The notes below the pieces were generated by a model. It did not search any database. It saw only the letters and a program-made list of their open reading frames with translations, and had not been told where the DNA came from. Source: Alphaproteobacteria bacterium (GTDB lineage: Bacteria; Pseudomonadota; Alphaproteobacteria; SP197). Taken from it: 64,000 nucleotides of DNA. The stretch spans positions 99,293-163,292 of the forward strand of contig CBDBNO010000012.1 in the NCBI GenBank assembly GCA_965207785.1. The letters are read 5' to 3'. Both the position numbers and the translations under genes were made by a program. Of this stretch, positions 1 to 13,960 are shown one piece after another (position 1 is the stretch's first letter; the number at the start of each line of letters is the position of its first letter).

Positions 1-1470
<1,470 letters not shown>

Positions 1471-1509
1471 GGCGTGGTCTTCCTTAAGTTCGAGGCCGGC
1501 GTGCGGCGG

Positions 1510-4389
1510 TCAACCCGTGAGCGCCTGGCACACCAGCGCCTCCTGTTCGCGTTCATGGACCCTGATGTAGCCCGTTGCCGGCGAGGCGGCGTCAGGCCGG
1601 CCGACATAGCGGATCGGGGTCATCGTCAGCGTTCCTGCCTCGATCGCCTGGTCAAGCTTGTCACGCACAAAGGTCCAGGCACCCATGTTGCGCGGCTCCT
1701 CCTGACACCAGATGACCTCGGCGCCGGGATAGACGTCGACAACTTCCTGGACCAAGTCGACCGGAAACGGCGACAACTGCTCGATCCGTGCCAGTGTGGT
1801 GTTGAGAAGACCAAGCTCTTCGCGCTTCGCGAGAAGGTCGTAGTAGACCTTGCCCGTGCACAGGACGAGGCGGTCGATGTCCTGGCCCCGCTTGGCATCA
1901 TCGAGGTCCCAGAGCATGCGGTGGAACTGCGTGTCGCCGGAAAACTCCCCGATGTCCGACACGCAACGCCGATGCCGCAGCAGGGACTTCGGCGTGAAGA
2001 TGACGATCGGCTTCCGGAACTTGCGCTTCATCTGCCTCCGCAGGATGTGGAAGTAGGAGGCCGGCGTGGAGCAATTGGCGATCTGCAGGTTGTCTTCGGC
2101 GGCCAGCTGGAGATAGCGCTCGGGACGGGCGGAACTGTGTTCGGGACCCTGGCCTTCGTAGCCGTGAGGCAACAGCATGACGAGCCCCGACATGCGGAAC
2201 CACTTGCTCTCTCCGGCCGAAAGAAACTGGTCGATGATCACCTGGGCGCCATTCGAGAAATCGCCGAACTGGGCTTCCCACAGGACCAGCGTGTTGGGAT
2301 CGGCAAGGCTGTAGCCGTACTCGAATCCGAGAATCGCCGCTTCCGACAACATGCTGTCGATCACTTCGAAGGTGCCCTGATCCTCGCTGATGTGATTGAG
2401 GGGGATGAAGCGCTCCTCGGTTTCCTGGTCCACCAGGACGGAATGGCGCTGGCTGAAGGTGCCGCGGCCGCAGTCCTGGCCCGACAGGCGCACGTTGGCC
2501 CGTTCGTAGCACAAGGTGCCGAAAGCCAACGCTTCGGCCGTGGCCCAGTCGATGTTGCGGCCCGATTCGATCATCTCCCGGCGCTGGTCGATGATGCGCC
2601 GGAGTTTCCGGTGAACATTGTGGTTTTCGGGAATCGTGCAGATGGCGCGACCGATATCGCGCAGGTCATCCACCGTCACGGCTGTCTTGCCGCGCCGCGC
2701 GCCATCCCTGTCAGCGACCTCGATTCCCGACCAGACTCCTTCCAGCCAGTCGACCTTGTTGGTGCGGAATCCCGCCGCAGCCTCCAGGGCCTCGTCCAGC
2801 ACCTGGTAGTAGCGGCGGCTGATGGTCTCGGATTCGACGGGCGCGATGGCTCCTTCGGACACCAGCCGCTCGGCATAAAGTTCGCGCGTGGTCGCCTGCC
2901 TGGCAATCTGTCCGTACATCAACGGCTGCGTGAACGCCGGCTCGTCCCCTTCGTTGTGGCCATGCCGGCGGTAGCAAAAGATGTCGACGACAACGTCGCG
3001 CCCGAATTCCTGGCGATACTTGACCGCCAGCTTGGCGACGTGAACGACCGCCTCGGGGTCATCACCGTTCACGTGGAAGATCGGCGCCATCACCATCTTG
3101 GCCACGTCACTGGGATAGGGTGACGACCTTGAGTACTTCGGGCTCGTCGTGAAGCCGATCTGGTTGTTGACGATGAGATGGATTGTGCCACCCGTCTTGT
3201 GTCCACGCAGTTCCGACATCCCCAGGGTCTCGGCGACCAGGCCCTGGCCGGCGAAGGCCGCGTCTCCGTGCAGGAGCAGGCCCATGACCTTCTTGCGGTC
3301 GTCGTCATCGGCGAGGGCCTGCTTGGCGCGCACCCGTCCCTGCACCACGGGACAAACCGCCTCGAGGTGGGAGGGATTGGCCGTCAGCGAGAGGTGAATG
3401 GTGCGGCCGTCGGCGACCTGCCGGTCCGACGAGGTGCCGAGGTGGTACTTGACATCACCGGCGCCTTGCACCGCATCGGGGTGCCCGGCCTCCCCGTGAA
3501 ACTCCGAGAAGACCTGAGCGTACGGCTTCCCCATGACATTGGTGAGCACATTCAGGCGGCCGCGGTGGGGCATGCCGAGGACGATCTCCTCGACGCCCAG
3601 GTGGGCGGCGCCGCGAATGATGGTCTCCATGGCGGCGATGGTGCTCTCGGAACCCTCGAGGGAGAATCTCTTGGCGCCCGGGTACTTGATGTTGAGAAAC
3701 TTCTCGAAACCCTCGGCCCGGGTGATCTCCGAGAGCACCCTTTTCTTCTCTTCCGCATCGAGCTCGGCATCGCTGCGCGATCCCTCGAACTTGCGCTGGA
3801 TCCAGGACTTTTCCTCCGCGCTCTGCACATGCATGAATTCCACGCCGATGGTGCCGCAGTACGTCCGGCGCACGACATCAAGAATCTGTTCGAGGGTCGC
3901 CCGCTGCAGGCCGAGAACACCGTCGACGAAGAACTCGCGGCCATAGTCCTGCTCGATGAATCCATAGGTCCGCGGCTCGAGTTCGGGATGGTTGCGGTCG
4001 CTGTCGAGCCCGAGGGGATCGAGATCGGCCGCGAGATGTCCGCGTACGCGATAGGCGCGAATCATCATCAGGATGCGGATGCTGTCTCGCGCAAGGGCGA
4101 ACTCCGCCACCGATTCCCGGCTGCCCGGCGGCGGCGGCGCGCCGGCCGGCAGCGGTACCGCACCAGGCGATTCCTGCCCACCATTGTGGTAATCCGCCAC
4201 GCCATGATGGCCGCGGGTGATCGACAGTTCCGAACGCGTGGCCGCCTCGTCGCTGGCCAGATCATCGAAGATCTCCCGCCATGCCTCACTGACCAGTGAC
4301 CGGTCAGTGGCATACTGTGCGTAGAGTTCCTCGATGTAGTTGGTGTTGTGTCCGTAGAGATAGGTGACGTCGTCTCTATGCTCGTCCAT
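1510..4389 (-). CDS. sucA: 2-oxoglutarate dehydrogenase E1
   Basis: GMPHRGRLN, TPP motif HGDAAFAGQG, WEAQFGDF, LLPHGYEGQGPEHSS. Confidence 0.97.
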   Translation of the reverse strand: MDEHRDDVTYLYGHNTNYIEELYAQYATDRSLVSEAWREIFDDLASDEAATRSELSITRGHHGVADYHNGGQESPGAVPLPAGAPPPPGSRESVAEFALARDSIRILMMIRAYRVRGHLAADLDPLGLDSDRNHPELEPRTYGFIEQDYGREFFVDGVLGLQRATLEQILDVVRRTYCGTIGVEFMHVQSAEEKSWIQRKFEGSRSDAELDAEEKKRVLSEITRAEGFEKFLNIKYPGAKRFSLEGSESTIAAMETIIRGAAHLGVEEIVLGMPHRGRLNVLTNVMGKPYAQVFSEFHGEAGHPDAVQGAGDVKYHLGTSSDRQVADGRTIHLSLTANPSHLEAVCPVVQGRVRAKQALADDDDRKKVMGLLLHGDAAFAGQGLVAETLGMSELRGHKTGGTIHLIVNNQIGFTTSPKYSRSSPYPSDVAKMVMAPIFHVNGDDPEAVVHVAKLAVKYRQEFGRDVVVDIFCYRRHGHNEGDEPAFTQPLMYGQIARQATTRELYAERLVSEGAIAPVESETISRRYYQVLDEALEAAAGFRTNKVDWLEGVWSGIEVADRDGARRGKTAVTVDDLRDIGRAICTIPENHNVHRKLRRIIDQRREMIESGRNIDWATAEALAFGTLCYERANVRLSGQDCGRGTFSQRHSVLVDQETEERFIPLNHISEDQGTFEVIDSMLSEAAILGFEYGYSLADPNTLVLWEAQFGDFSNGAQVIIDQFLSAGESKWFRMSGLVMLLPHGYEGQGPEHSSARPERYLQLAAEDNLQIANCSTPASYFHILRRQMKRKFRKPIVIFTPKSLLRHRRCVSDIGEFSGDTQFHRMLWDLDDAKRGQDIDRLVLCTGKVYYDLLAKREELGLLNTTLARIEQLSPFPVDLVQEVVDVYPGAEVIWCQEEPRNMGAWTFVRDKLDQAIEAGTLTMTPIRYVGRPDAASPATGYIRVHEREQEALVCQALTG

Positions 4390-4423
4390 GGTGTCACGCT
4401 GCCCGCTCTCCGGGCAGCCTCCC

Positions 4424-5299
4424 TCAGTCCCTCATTGCAGCCAGCATGGTCGTTCCCAGGCTGGCCGGTGAGTCGGCGATGTGGAATCCCGCACGCTTCA
4501 TGGCCTCGACCTTGTCGGCGGCACCGCCCTTGCCGCCGGAGATGATGGCCCCGGCATGGCCCATACGGCGTCCGGGAGGAGCCGTCATGCCGGCAATGAA
4601 CCCGGTCACCGGCTTGCGGCGTTTCTCGCGCGCCAGGAAGTCGGCTGCCTCTTCCTCCGCCGACCCGCCGATTTCGCCGATCATGATGATACCTTCGGTT
4701 TCGTCGTCACCGAGAAACATCTCGAGACAGTCAATGAAGTTCGTGCCGTTGACCGGATCGCCACCGATACCGATGCAGGTCGTCTGGCCCAGGCCTGCCA
4801 TGGTGGTCTGGTGGACACCCTCATAGGTGAGCGTGCCCGAACGCGACACGATGCCGATCCTGCCCCGCTTGTGGATGTGTCCGGGCATGATGCCGATCTT
4901 GCATTCCCCGGGGGTGATGACGCCCGGACAGTTGGGGCCGATGAGACGGGACGACGAACCGGCAAGGACACGACGCGCCCTCACCATGTCGAGCACCGGA
5001 ATGCCCTCCGTGATGGCAACGATGAGGGGCACGCCGGCATGGGCGGCCTCGAGGATGGCATCGGCGGCGAAGGGAGGCGGGACGTAGATCACCGAAGCGT
5101 TCGCTCCTGTCGCCGCGACACAGTCTGCCACGGTGTCAAACACCGGACGATCCAGATGGCGTGACCCACCTCTTCCCGGGGTGACGCCACCGACGACGGT
5201 GGTGCCGTAGGCGATAGACTGTTCCGAATGGAACGTTGCCGTCTTGCCGGTGAATCCCTGGACGAGAACCCTGGTCGTGCGATCGACAAGAACGGCCAT
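4424..5299 (-). CDS. sucD: succinyl-CoA synthetase alpha subunit
   Basis: Likely start at [15 protein letters not shown] (ATG 5299 or 5302, overlapping the sucC stop); RLIGPNCPG and GRRMGHAGA phospho-His motif. Confidence 0.96.
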   Translation of the reverse strand: MAVLVDRTTRVLVQGFTGKTATFHSEQSIAYGTTVVGGVTPGRGGSRHLDRPVFDTVADCVAATGANASVIYVPPPFAADAILEAAHAGVPLIVAITEGIPVLDMVRARRVLAGSSSRLIGPNCPGVITPGECKIGIMPGHIHKRGRIGIVSRSGTLTYEGVHQTTMAGLGQTTCIGIGGDPVNGTNFIDCLEMFLGDDETEGIIMIGEIGGSAEEEAADFLAREKRRKPVTGFIAGMTAPPGRRMGHAGAIISGGKGGAADKVEAMKRAGFHIADSPASLGTTMLAAMRD

Positions 5300-6468
5300 C
5301 ATCCGCCTCCGCCGATAGCCGCCACGGCCCTGGCCGCCGCATCGCCGAGATCGTCGGCCGGGATGATCGCCATGCCCGACTGCTGGAGTATCGCCTTTCC
5401 CTGGTCGACGTTGGTTCCCTCGAGGCGGACGATGACCGGCACCTCGAGATCGAGTTCGCGCGCCGCGTCGACCACGCCTTGCGCAATCACGTCGCAACGC
5501 ATGATGCCGCCGAAGATGTTGACGAGAATGGCGCGAACGTTGGCGTCCGAGACGATAACCCTGAACGCTGCCGCCACCTGATCTCTCGTGGCACCACCCC
5601 CGACATCAAGGAAATTGGCCGGCTCGCCGCCGGCGAGCTTGCAGATATCCATGGTCGCCATGGCAAGGCCGGCGCCGTTCACCATGCAGCCGATGGTGCC
5701 GTCGAGCTTGACATAGTTGAGGCCGATGGCATTGGCTTCCCGCTCAGCCGGGTCTTCCTGGTCGGGATCACGCATGGCGACGAGATCGGGGTGCCGGAAA
5801 AGAGCGTTGTCGTCGATGTTGACCTTGCAATCGAGAACGACGAGGTCGTTCGAGGCCGTGACAACGAGGGGATTGATCTCCAGGAGGCTGGCATCCAATT
5901 CCTGGAACGTCTCCGCCATTGACCCGAGAAGGGCGGACGCCTGCTTCGCGGCATCGCCGGCGAGACCCAGGGCAGCGGCAAGCCGGCGGCCATGAAAGGG
6001 CTGGAGTCCGCTGGCGGGATCAATGGCCAGGGTGACAATCCGTTCAGGCGTTTTCGCGGCGACCTCCTCGATGTCCATGCCGCCGTCGAGCGAGGCGATG
6101 ATGGCCATGGAGGCCGTGGCGCGGTCCACGAGAAGGGCAAGGTAGAGTTCGGAGGCGATCGAGAGTCCTTCCTCGATGTAGACGAGGTTGACCGGATTGC
6201 CATCGGGACCCGTCTGGTGGGTGACCAGGCGGCTGCCGATCATGGCGTGGGCGGCCTCTCTCACCTCGTCAAGGCTGTGGCAGACACGGATTCCGCCAGC
6301 CTTTCCCCGGCCACCGGCGTGCACCTGGGCCTTGACCACCCACACATTCCCGCCGAGTTCGCGCGCGGCGGCAACCGCGTCGTCCGCACTCGCGGCAATC
6401 TGGCCGCGGGGAACGGGAACGCCCCTGGCGGACAACAGTGCCTTGGCCTGGTACTCGTGTAGATTCAC
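5299..6468 (-). CDS. sucC: succinyl-CoA synthetase beta subunit
   Basis: [48 protein letters not shown]. Confidence 0.97.
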   Translation of the reverse strand: MNLHEYQAKALLSARGVPVPRGQIAASADDAVAAARELGGNVWVVKAQVHAGGRGKAGGIRVCHSLDEVREAAHAMIGSRLVTHQTGPDGNPVNLVYIEEGLSIASELYLALLVDRATASMAIIASLDGGMDIEEVAAKTPERIVTLAIDPASGLQPFHGRRLAAALGLAGDAAKQASALLGSMAETFQELDASLLEINPLVVTASNDLVVLDCKVNIDDNALFRHPDLVAMRDPDQEDPAEREANAIGLNYVKLDGTIGCMVNGAGLAMATMDICKLAGGEPANFLDVGGGATRDQVAAAFRVIVSDANVRAILVNIFGGIMRCDVIAQGVVDAARELDLEVPVIVRLEGTNVDQGKAILQQSGMAIIPADDLGDAAARAVAAIGGGG

Positions 6469-6549
6469 GTCACTATCCGGTTCATGGACCGTCCGGTCTC
6501 ACTCTACCCACCACCCGAAAAATGACAACCGCCGTCACCGGCGAGACGC

Positions 6550-8204
<1,655 letters not shown>

Positions 8205-8350
8205 TCACCACAACAGATCGAAAGAGAGCGTATGGGCGAGTTCCCCAGGGTCGGGACGGATCGTCTGTGGGCGACTGTGCAGCGCAGCAACTTCAAATGC
8301 CTTCCCGTCGCCCTTAGGGTGGCATGGCTCGCATTCGGGAGGACCAGATC

Positions 8351-9328
8351 GTGACATTGAATGCAACGATTGCTTCAGGCGCCACCATCGTGCTCGACGG
8401 CGCGACAGGCACGGAGATCGCACGCCTGGGCGGCCGGATGAACGGCGCGGCGTGGTGTGCGGAGGCGAACAGGACGCACCCCGACATCGTGCGCACGGTC
8501 CACGAGGAGTACATCCGCGCCGGAGCCGACGTGATCACGGCCAACACCTTCGCGACCAGCCGTCATGTCCTCGCCGGCGCAGGCCTGGACCAGGAGACCG
8601 TGGCGATCAACCGGCGTGCGGTCGAACTGGCTTGCGAGGCACGCGTCAACGCGGCGGCCGGTCGGCCGGTCTGGGTGGCGGGTTCCATCTCGAACATGGT
8701 TGCCTGGATCGAGGGTACGGTAAGCCCCGATCCCCGCTACCTGCCCACTCGTGACGAAGAGGCCGCCAACTACCGCGAGATGGCTGACATCTTTGCCGAA
8801 GCGGGCGCCGATATCCTGCTTCTGGAGATGATGTCGGACATCGATCGCGCCAGCCTGTGTCTTGAGGCAGCGCTGGCGACAGGCTTGCCGGTGTGGGTCG
8901 GCGTCAGCTGCAGCCGCTTGCCGGACGGCTCCATGATTGGCTGGGACATAGCTCGCGAAGAGCACGGCCGGCTGGCAGACGATCACGAGCCCAGAGTTCC
9001 GCTGCCGCTGTCGGAGATTGTCGCCGGACTGACGGCGCAAGGCGGCGATGTCTACGGAATCATGCACAGTTCGATTGACGCAACAGGGCCCGGCCTCGAG
9101 GTTCTGCGTGGACTCTGGAGCGGCCCGATCATGGCCTATCCCGAAACGCTGCTCGCCGATCCGACAAGCAGCGGAAGCACCGCGACGGTGAATCCCTTAG
9201 AATTCGCGGACGCCTGTCGTAGCTGGGTCGACGCTGGAGTCCAGATCATCGGCGGTTGTTGCGGCACGACCATCGAGCACATTCACGCCCTGGTCGCCGC
9301 CCTGGAGGCGCCCGGAGAGGCCGCCTGA
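8351..9328 (+). CDS. homocysteine S-methyltransferase family protein
   Basis: VLDGATGTE, VHEEYIRAGADVITANTF, IIGGCCGT. GTG 8351 follows GGGAGG (ORF track start is 8324). Confidence 0.88.
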   Translation: MTLNATIASGATIVLDGATGTEIARLGGRMNGAAWCAEANRTHPDIVRTVHEEYIRAGADVITANTFATSRHVLAGAGLDQETVAINRRAVELACEARVNAAAGRPVWVAGSISNMVAWIEGTVSPDPRYLPTRDEEAANYREMADIFAEAGADILLLEMMSDIDRASLCLEAALATGLPVWVGVSCSRLPDGSMIGWDIAREEHGRLADDHEPRVPLPLSEIVAGLTAQGGDVYGIMHSSIDATGPGLEVLRGLWSGPIMAYPETLLADPTSSGSTATVNPLEFADACRSWVDAGVQIIGGCCGTTIEHIHALVAALEAPGEAA

Positions 9329-9563
9329 TCGAAAGGCAGGAAGTCAAAGGCACGGCGACCGCTCGCAATGTGCTACCGGATCACCCCCGCCTTCGCGGTA
9401 AACCGCCGACTTTGGTCACTTTGTCACACCATAATGCGCAACGGTGCGATGGCCGCAGTCTCGATCCGCTGGCTTGCGCGCAAGGACGCGAAGGCGCCGC
9501 AACGATACGCCGCCATCCCCGGACCCTGCCTGATCCACGGCTGGGCATGAGGGCAAGCGCGCC

Positions 9564-10424
9564 ATGACGCTCGAGATCACCCCCATCGACGCCTCTCTTG
9601 GCGCGACAGTGAGCGGCGTGCGGCTGGACTCGCTCGACGACGAGACCTTCGCGGCCATCGAGGCGGCATGGCACACCCACGCCGTACTGGTCTTCCCCGG
9701 CCAGCATCTCTGCGAAGAGGCGCAGGTCGCCTTCAGCGAACGCTTCGGCCCGCTGGAACGCAAGGTTTTCAAGATCCACTCCCTGGACAACCCGGCGACC
9801 ATCCACCTCTCCAACGTCAAGAAGGATGGCACACTCTGGCCTGCAGGCAGCGAAACCGGGTTGCTGCTCGAGGGCAACAACTACTGGCACACCGACAGTT
9901 CCTTCAAGCGCATTCCGGCCAAGGGCTCGGCTCTGACCGCAAGGATCGTGCCCGAGACGGGCGGCGATACCGCCTTTGCCGACATGCGCGCGGCCTGGGA
10001 TGCCCTCGAGCCCGCCATGCAGGACTGGCTTGCCGACAAGATCGCCGTGCACAGCTACGCCTACAGCCAGGGCAGGGTCGGCGGCATGACCGGAGTCAGC
10101 GAGGACGAGTGGGAAGCGCTGCCGCCCGTGAAACACCCGGTGATCCGCCTCCATCCGGCGACGGGACGGCGCAGCCTCTACATTGGCCGCCATGCGAGCC
10201 ACATCGTGGGCGAGGACGAACGGGAGAGCCGCCGCCTGCTGGAGCGACTCTGCAAGGACGCCTGCCGGCCGCCCCGCGTCTTCACTCACCGCTGGACCGT
10301 GGGCGACCTGGTCCTATGGGACAACCGTTGCGTACTTCACCGCGGCCTCGGCTACCCCTCCAACCAGCCACGACGCATGATCCGCACCACCATCGCCGGT
10401 GACGGCGAAGATACCGATGAATGA
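9564..10424 (+). CDS. TauD/TfdA family Fe(II)/2-oxoglutarate dioxygenase
   Basis: WHTDSS (HxD), GGDTAFADM, HPVIRLHPATGR, WDNRCVLHR. Confidence 0.92.
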   Translation: MTLEITPIDASLGATVSGVRLDSLDDETFAAIEAAWHTHAVLVFPGQHLCEEAQVAFSERFGPLERKVFKIHSLDNPATIHLSNVKKDGTLWPAGSETGLLLEGNNYWHTDSSFKRIPAKGSALTARIVPETGGDTAFADMRAAWDALEPAMQDWLADKIAVHSYAYSQGRVGGMTGVSEDEWEALPPVKHPVIRLHPATGRRSLYIGRHASHIVGEDERESRRLLERLCKDACRPPRVFTHRWTVGDLVLWDNRCVLHRGLGYPSNQPRRMIRTTIAGDGEDTDE

Positions 10425-10511
10425 GTCCCGCGCGTGGGCCCTCCGCTGGCTGATCGCGCGGACACCTTCCGACAGGCGAGGCAACCTGGTTCCGCCGCGT
10501 GTCGCTACGCT

Positions 10512-12326
10512 TCACGTCCTCCGTTCGACCTTCACGGTCACCACGTCCGCGCCATAGTACTTTCTGTGGTGAACCGAAGATGCGTAGTGTCTGAGCAGCC
10601 GGAACGACAGTTCGCGATCGTCGTGCACTTCCGCTTCCTCGCTCATGTAAGCGAGTCGATCCTCGATGTTCTGCTCGTCCTCGGAGACGGTGAACAGGTC
10701 CATTGCGACGATATCGTCCTGTGAGCGGACCAGGACGATGAGTCGGGCACTTGTCTCGCCGCCGTCGTTCTCCGAAGGCAGCAGACTCAGCAACGACTCC
10801 TCGCCGGCTGCACGCAATCGATTGGCCGACTCTTCGCCCCATCCGATTTCGGCCGCGAATTCCTGGAGAAACGCGTCGATTCTCGGCTGCGACGATGTCC
10901 CGAGCGTCACCTCCAGTCTTCTGCTGCGCGGGCTGGTCAGTTCGAGGAGCGTCGTCAGGGCGATCATGACAACAATACCGGCGGTCGGGCCGTTTCCGAG
11001 GATCGACATCCAGACGCTGTCCGGGCGCATTGCGAACACGTTCAGGCTCTCCACGCCCAGCCCCACCGATAGCGACATCGCGACAATGAGCGTGTTTTGC
11101 TGATCGAGCCCTTCCCTGAAAACCATGCGCATGCCCTCGACGAGCAACATCCCCATCACCATCAGCAACAGCGACGCCACGACGGCGCTCGGAGCAGCGA
11201 GCAACAGTGCGGTGACCTTCGGGAAGAACGCCACCAGGATGAGGACGGCGCCGATCCAGTAGCCGATGCCGCGAAACGCGATTCCCGTCAGATTGATCAG
11301 GGCAATGGTCGACGGCGAGTAAGCGACCGTCGGAGGCGTGCCGGCCAACCCCGAGAGGAGCCCTCCCACACCGCTTGCGTTGACCGTACCCTGCACGACC
11401 CTGAAGTCGATGGCTCGCGATCTGCGAAGCGACACCTGCTGGATGACCACGCCATCGCCGCTGGTCTTCACGGCAACGACAAGCGTCACGATCACGAACG
11501 TCGGCAAGAGCGTCCAGAACTCCGTTCCAAGTGTCAGGTCAACGCCCTGCCATGCTCCGAAGTCCGGCAACTGGAACCAGGGTTCCCGACTCAGGAAATC
11601 GAGGTCGTAGAGGCCGAAGACTGCTGCGACGATGCAACCCGACAGGATACCGATGAGTGGAGCCCACAGTCGGAGAATGCCCGTACCCTTCAGGGAAACC
11701 ATAATCGCGGCACCCAGCGTCGCCGCTGCGACGAGCGGGCTCGCAATCGAGGCCGTTCCCTCGGGTACATCTCCCAACCGGTCGACCGCGACCGTGATCA
11801 CCGAAATGGCGATCAGCATGAGAGAGGTGCCGCAGACGACAGGCGTGATGATTCTCCTCAGGACCGGCAGCCAGGCAGCGAAGGCGAACTGGGCGAGGGA
11901 CGAGACAATGACAAGGCTGGCCAGCGTCGACCATCCGCCAGCATTGATGGCCACGACCGAAATGGCGACAAAATGCGGTCCGGCACCACACAGCAGAAGG
12001 TGGCCGGCGCCAAATCGTCCGAGACGGTGCGCCTGCAAGGCGGTCACGGCACCGCCAATGACGAGTGCCGCACAGATCGCCCACGAGAGGTACGCCTGAC
12101 CTTCGTCAGAGGCCCTGACCACCATGGTGACCATCACCACCGTGTTGATCACGGCGAGGATGGCCGCCTGTACGGTAACGCCCAGCCCGACCTGCGCCGA
12201 GCAAGGTTCGTCGGGTTCATTGCGAATGTGCTTGTTGAGGGTGTTCACGACGATCGAGGGACGACCGCGCAGGCGTCCCTGCAATCGTGACGTGTCCTGG
12301 CCGAGCGGTGTCTTTCGCCTGGACAT
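10512..12326 (-). CDS. NCS2 (xanthine/uracil permease) family transporter with a C-terminal degenerate RsbW/HATPase-like domain
   Basis: Multi-TM region with LRRIITPVVCG and an NCS2-like layout, then a ~140-aa soluble C-terminal domain. Confidence 0.8.
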   Translation of the reverse strand: MSRRKTPLGQDTSRLQGRLRGRPSIVVNTLNKHIRNEPDEPCSAQVGLGVTVQAAILAVINTVVMVTMVVRASDEGQAYLSWAICAALVIGGAVTALQAHRLGRFGAGHLLLCGAGPHFVAISVVAINAGGWSTLASLVIVSSLAQFAFAAWLPVLRRIITPVVCGTSLMLIAISVITVAVDRLGDVPEGTASIASPLVAAATLGAAIMVSLKGTGILRLWAPLIGILSGCIVAAVFGLYDLDFLSREPWFQLPDFGAWQGVDLTLGTEFWTLLPTFVIVTLVVAVKTSGDGVVIQQVSLRRSRAIDFRVVQGTVNASGVGGLLSGLAGTPPTVAYSPSTIALINLTGIAFRGIGYWIGAVLILVAFFPKVTALLLAAPSAVVASLLLMVMGMLLVEGMRMVFREGLDQQNTLIVAMSLSVGLGVESLNVFAMRPDSVWMSILGNGPTAGIVVMIALTTLLELTSPRSRRLEVTLGTSSQPRIDAFLQEFAAEIGWGEESANRLRAAGEESLLSLLPSENDGGETSARLIVLVRSQDDIVAMDLFTVSEDEQNIEDRLAYMSEEAEVHDDRELSFRLLRHYASSVHHRKYYGADVVTVKVERRT

Positions 12327-12517
12327 CGCCCTGATCGGCGCGCTACCGCAGTCCCACCGCCACCGTCCACGCGCCCAGGCAGCAGGCAGATCATCGGTCG
12401 GTCAGACGAGTCGTGCTCAAGCACGGGCCAGGAACCGCAGCCATGGCTCTGCTTTGCGGATCAAATCGCGTGGCTCAGATGTCCGTCGAACTGCACATGG
12501 GTCGATTGGGAGTGATG

Positions 12518-12805
12518 TCACACCCCCTCGACGACGATCACTTCGGCGTCAGCCGACCGCTGCCGGATTGTCCTCACCTCAACGTATTCGGGTGAGTTGA
12601 GCCACGCTCGTGCCGCGGCGCCATCGTCGAATTGCACCACCACGAGTCGACCTGGGGACCAGCCGCCCTCAATCACTTCGACGCTGCCACCACGCACCAG
12701 GTACCGACCTCCGTGCGCATCGATCGTTGCGGCGATCCGTTTGCGAAACTCCGAGAACGTGTCTTCATCCGTTATCGTGTCATTGACGATCACGTAAGCC
12801 GCCAT
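12518..12805 (-). CDS. DUF1330 family protein
   Basis: MAAYVIV...HGGRYLVRGG...IEGGWSPGRLVVVQF...AWLNSPEY...VIVVEG. Confidence 0.9.
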   Translation of the reverse strand: MAAYVIVNDTITDEDTFSEFRKRIAATIDAHGGRYLVRGGSVEVIEGGWSPGRLVVVQFDDGAAARAWLNSPEYVEVRTIRQRSADAEVIVVEGV

Positions 12806-12943
12806 GGAAGTTCCTCCCAACTGTCGGGTTTGATCCTTGGGTAACGTGCCGTTTCCGGACAGAACGGCACGGGGTTCGTCCGCGTCCGGACCTGCACGTT
12901 GTGTAGCACATCACGCGTATCGATTCGAACGGTCGCTGTCCGC

Positions 12944-13960
12944 TCAGGCCAGCGATGTGAGGCGCATGCCGGAATTGTTCGCCCGAGTGCACACGACTCG
13001 TCCCGGAATGGCTCTCCCGTCACTCAGCTTGCATCGCAGGCCTGCGGTCAACTCGTCATCCGAAATCCTGATCCTGTCAAAGAAACCGAAGACCGTTGCG
13101 CCCGTCGACGAGAGCCCGCAACCCTGGATTCCGGAGGTCGCGTCGAAGGCGAGCCTGACGGATTTCAGCGGCTCGATGTCGGGGCGTGTCCAGTGCCGCC
13201 TCTTCCAGCCGACATCCTGAAGGGCGCTGACACAGGAACCGAATGTCTCGAGATCGAGCTCCCGCAACGCCGGCAAGAGCCGCATCAGGATAATGTGGGA
13301 CGCCGACTGCGCTTCCTCAAGCGGGATCGGCGTGTTGGCAAGCATGAAGTCAAGCTCGTCCTGGCCCGACAGGCCCCGTTGACTGCTCGGAATGAACAGC
13401 ACAATCCCCCAATCCTTCGGGAAGTCGCTATGCATGAGAAGCGGGGGCTGACCTGCCCTGGTCGCAAAGCGCGACGGTGCGAACGACCCTTTCTGCATGC
13501 GTACGGAATGTCCCCCGTCGAGCAGAATCCCCCCACACCGAAAGGCGTTGATTCCGATCCCCGACGTGCCTCCCCGGGTGGACATGGCCGCGAGCTCTCG
13601 TGGCGAATGGTTCAATCCATGCCGATGATCCAACGCGCTCAGGACCGCGAGCCTGGTCTGAGTGCCCGATCCCAGCCCCTGGTGCGGAGGAATCATCTGA
13701 CGGATCAGGATTTCAATACCCGGTTCGACGTCGAGAATCTCGCCAGCCGCGGCAGCTTCGGCCAAGACCAGCTCCCGCTCGGCGCGGCTGCCTCCCCGAA
13801 CCACGGTTCGCCCGTGCGGACCGAACTCGAGCAACACACCGGGGTACTGGACGGCGAGGCCGAGACTGCCGTCGATACGGCCAATCTCGCCATTCATGTC
13901 AATCAGTGTGAAATGCAGCCGGGACGGCGTGCTAATCCGGTGCGTCAAGGTCGAGCACAT
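12944..13960 (-). CDS. beta-ribofuranosylaminobenzene 5'-phosphate (beta-RFAP) synthase-like protein, GHMP kinase superfamily
   Basis: TPSRLHFTLIDMNGEIGRIDGSLGLA, GHMP motif PPHQGLGSGTQ, RGGTSGIG, GGILLDGGH, GLSSTGAT. Confidence 0.85.
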   Translation of the reverse strand: MCSTLTHRISTPSRLHFTLIDMNGEIGRIDGSLGLAVQYPGVLLEFGPHGRTVVRGGSRAERELVLAEAAAAGEILDVEPGIEILIRQMIPPHQGLGSGTQTRLAVLSALDHRHGLNHSPRELAAMSTRGGTSGIGINAFRCGGILLDGGHSVRMQKGSFAPSRFATRAGQPPLLMHSDFPKDWGIVLFIPSSQRGLSGQDELDFMLANTPIPLEEAQSASHIILMRLLPALRELDLETFGSCVSALQDVGWKRRHWTRPDIEPLKSVRLAFDATSGIQGCGLSSTGATVFGFFDRIRISDDELTAGLRCKLSDGRAIPGRVVCTRANNSGMRLTSLA

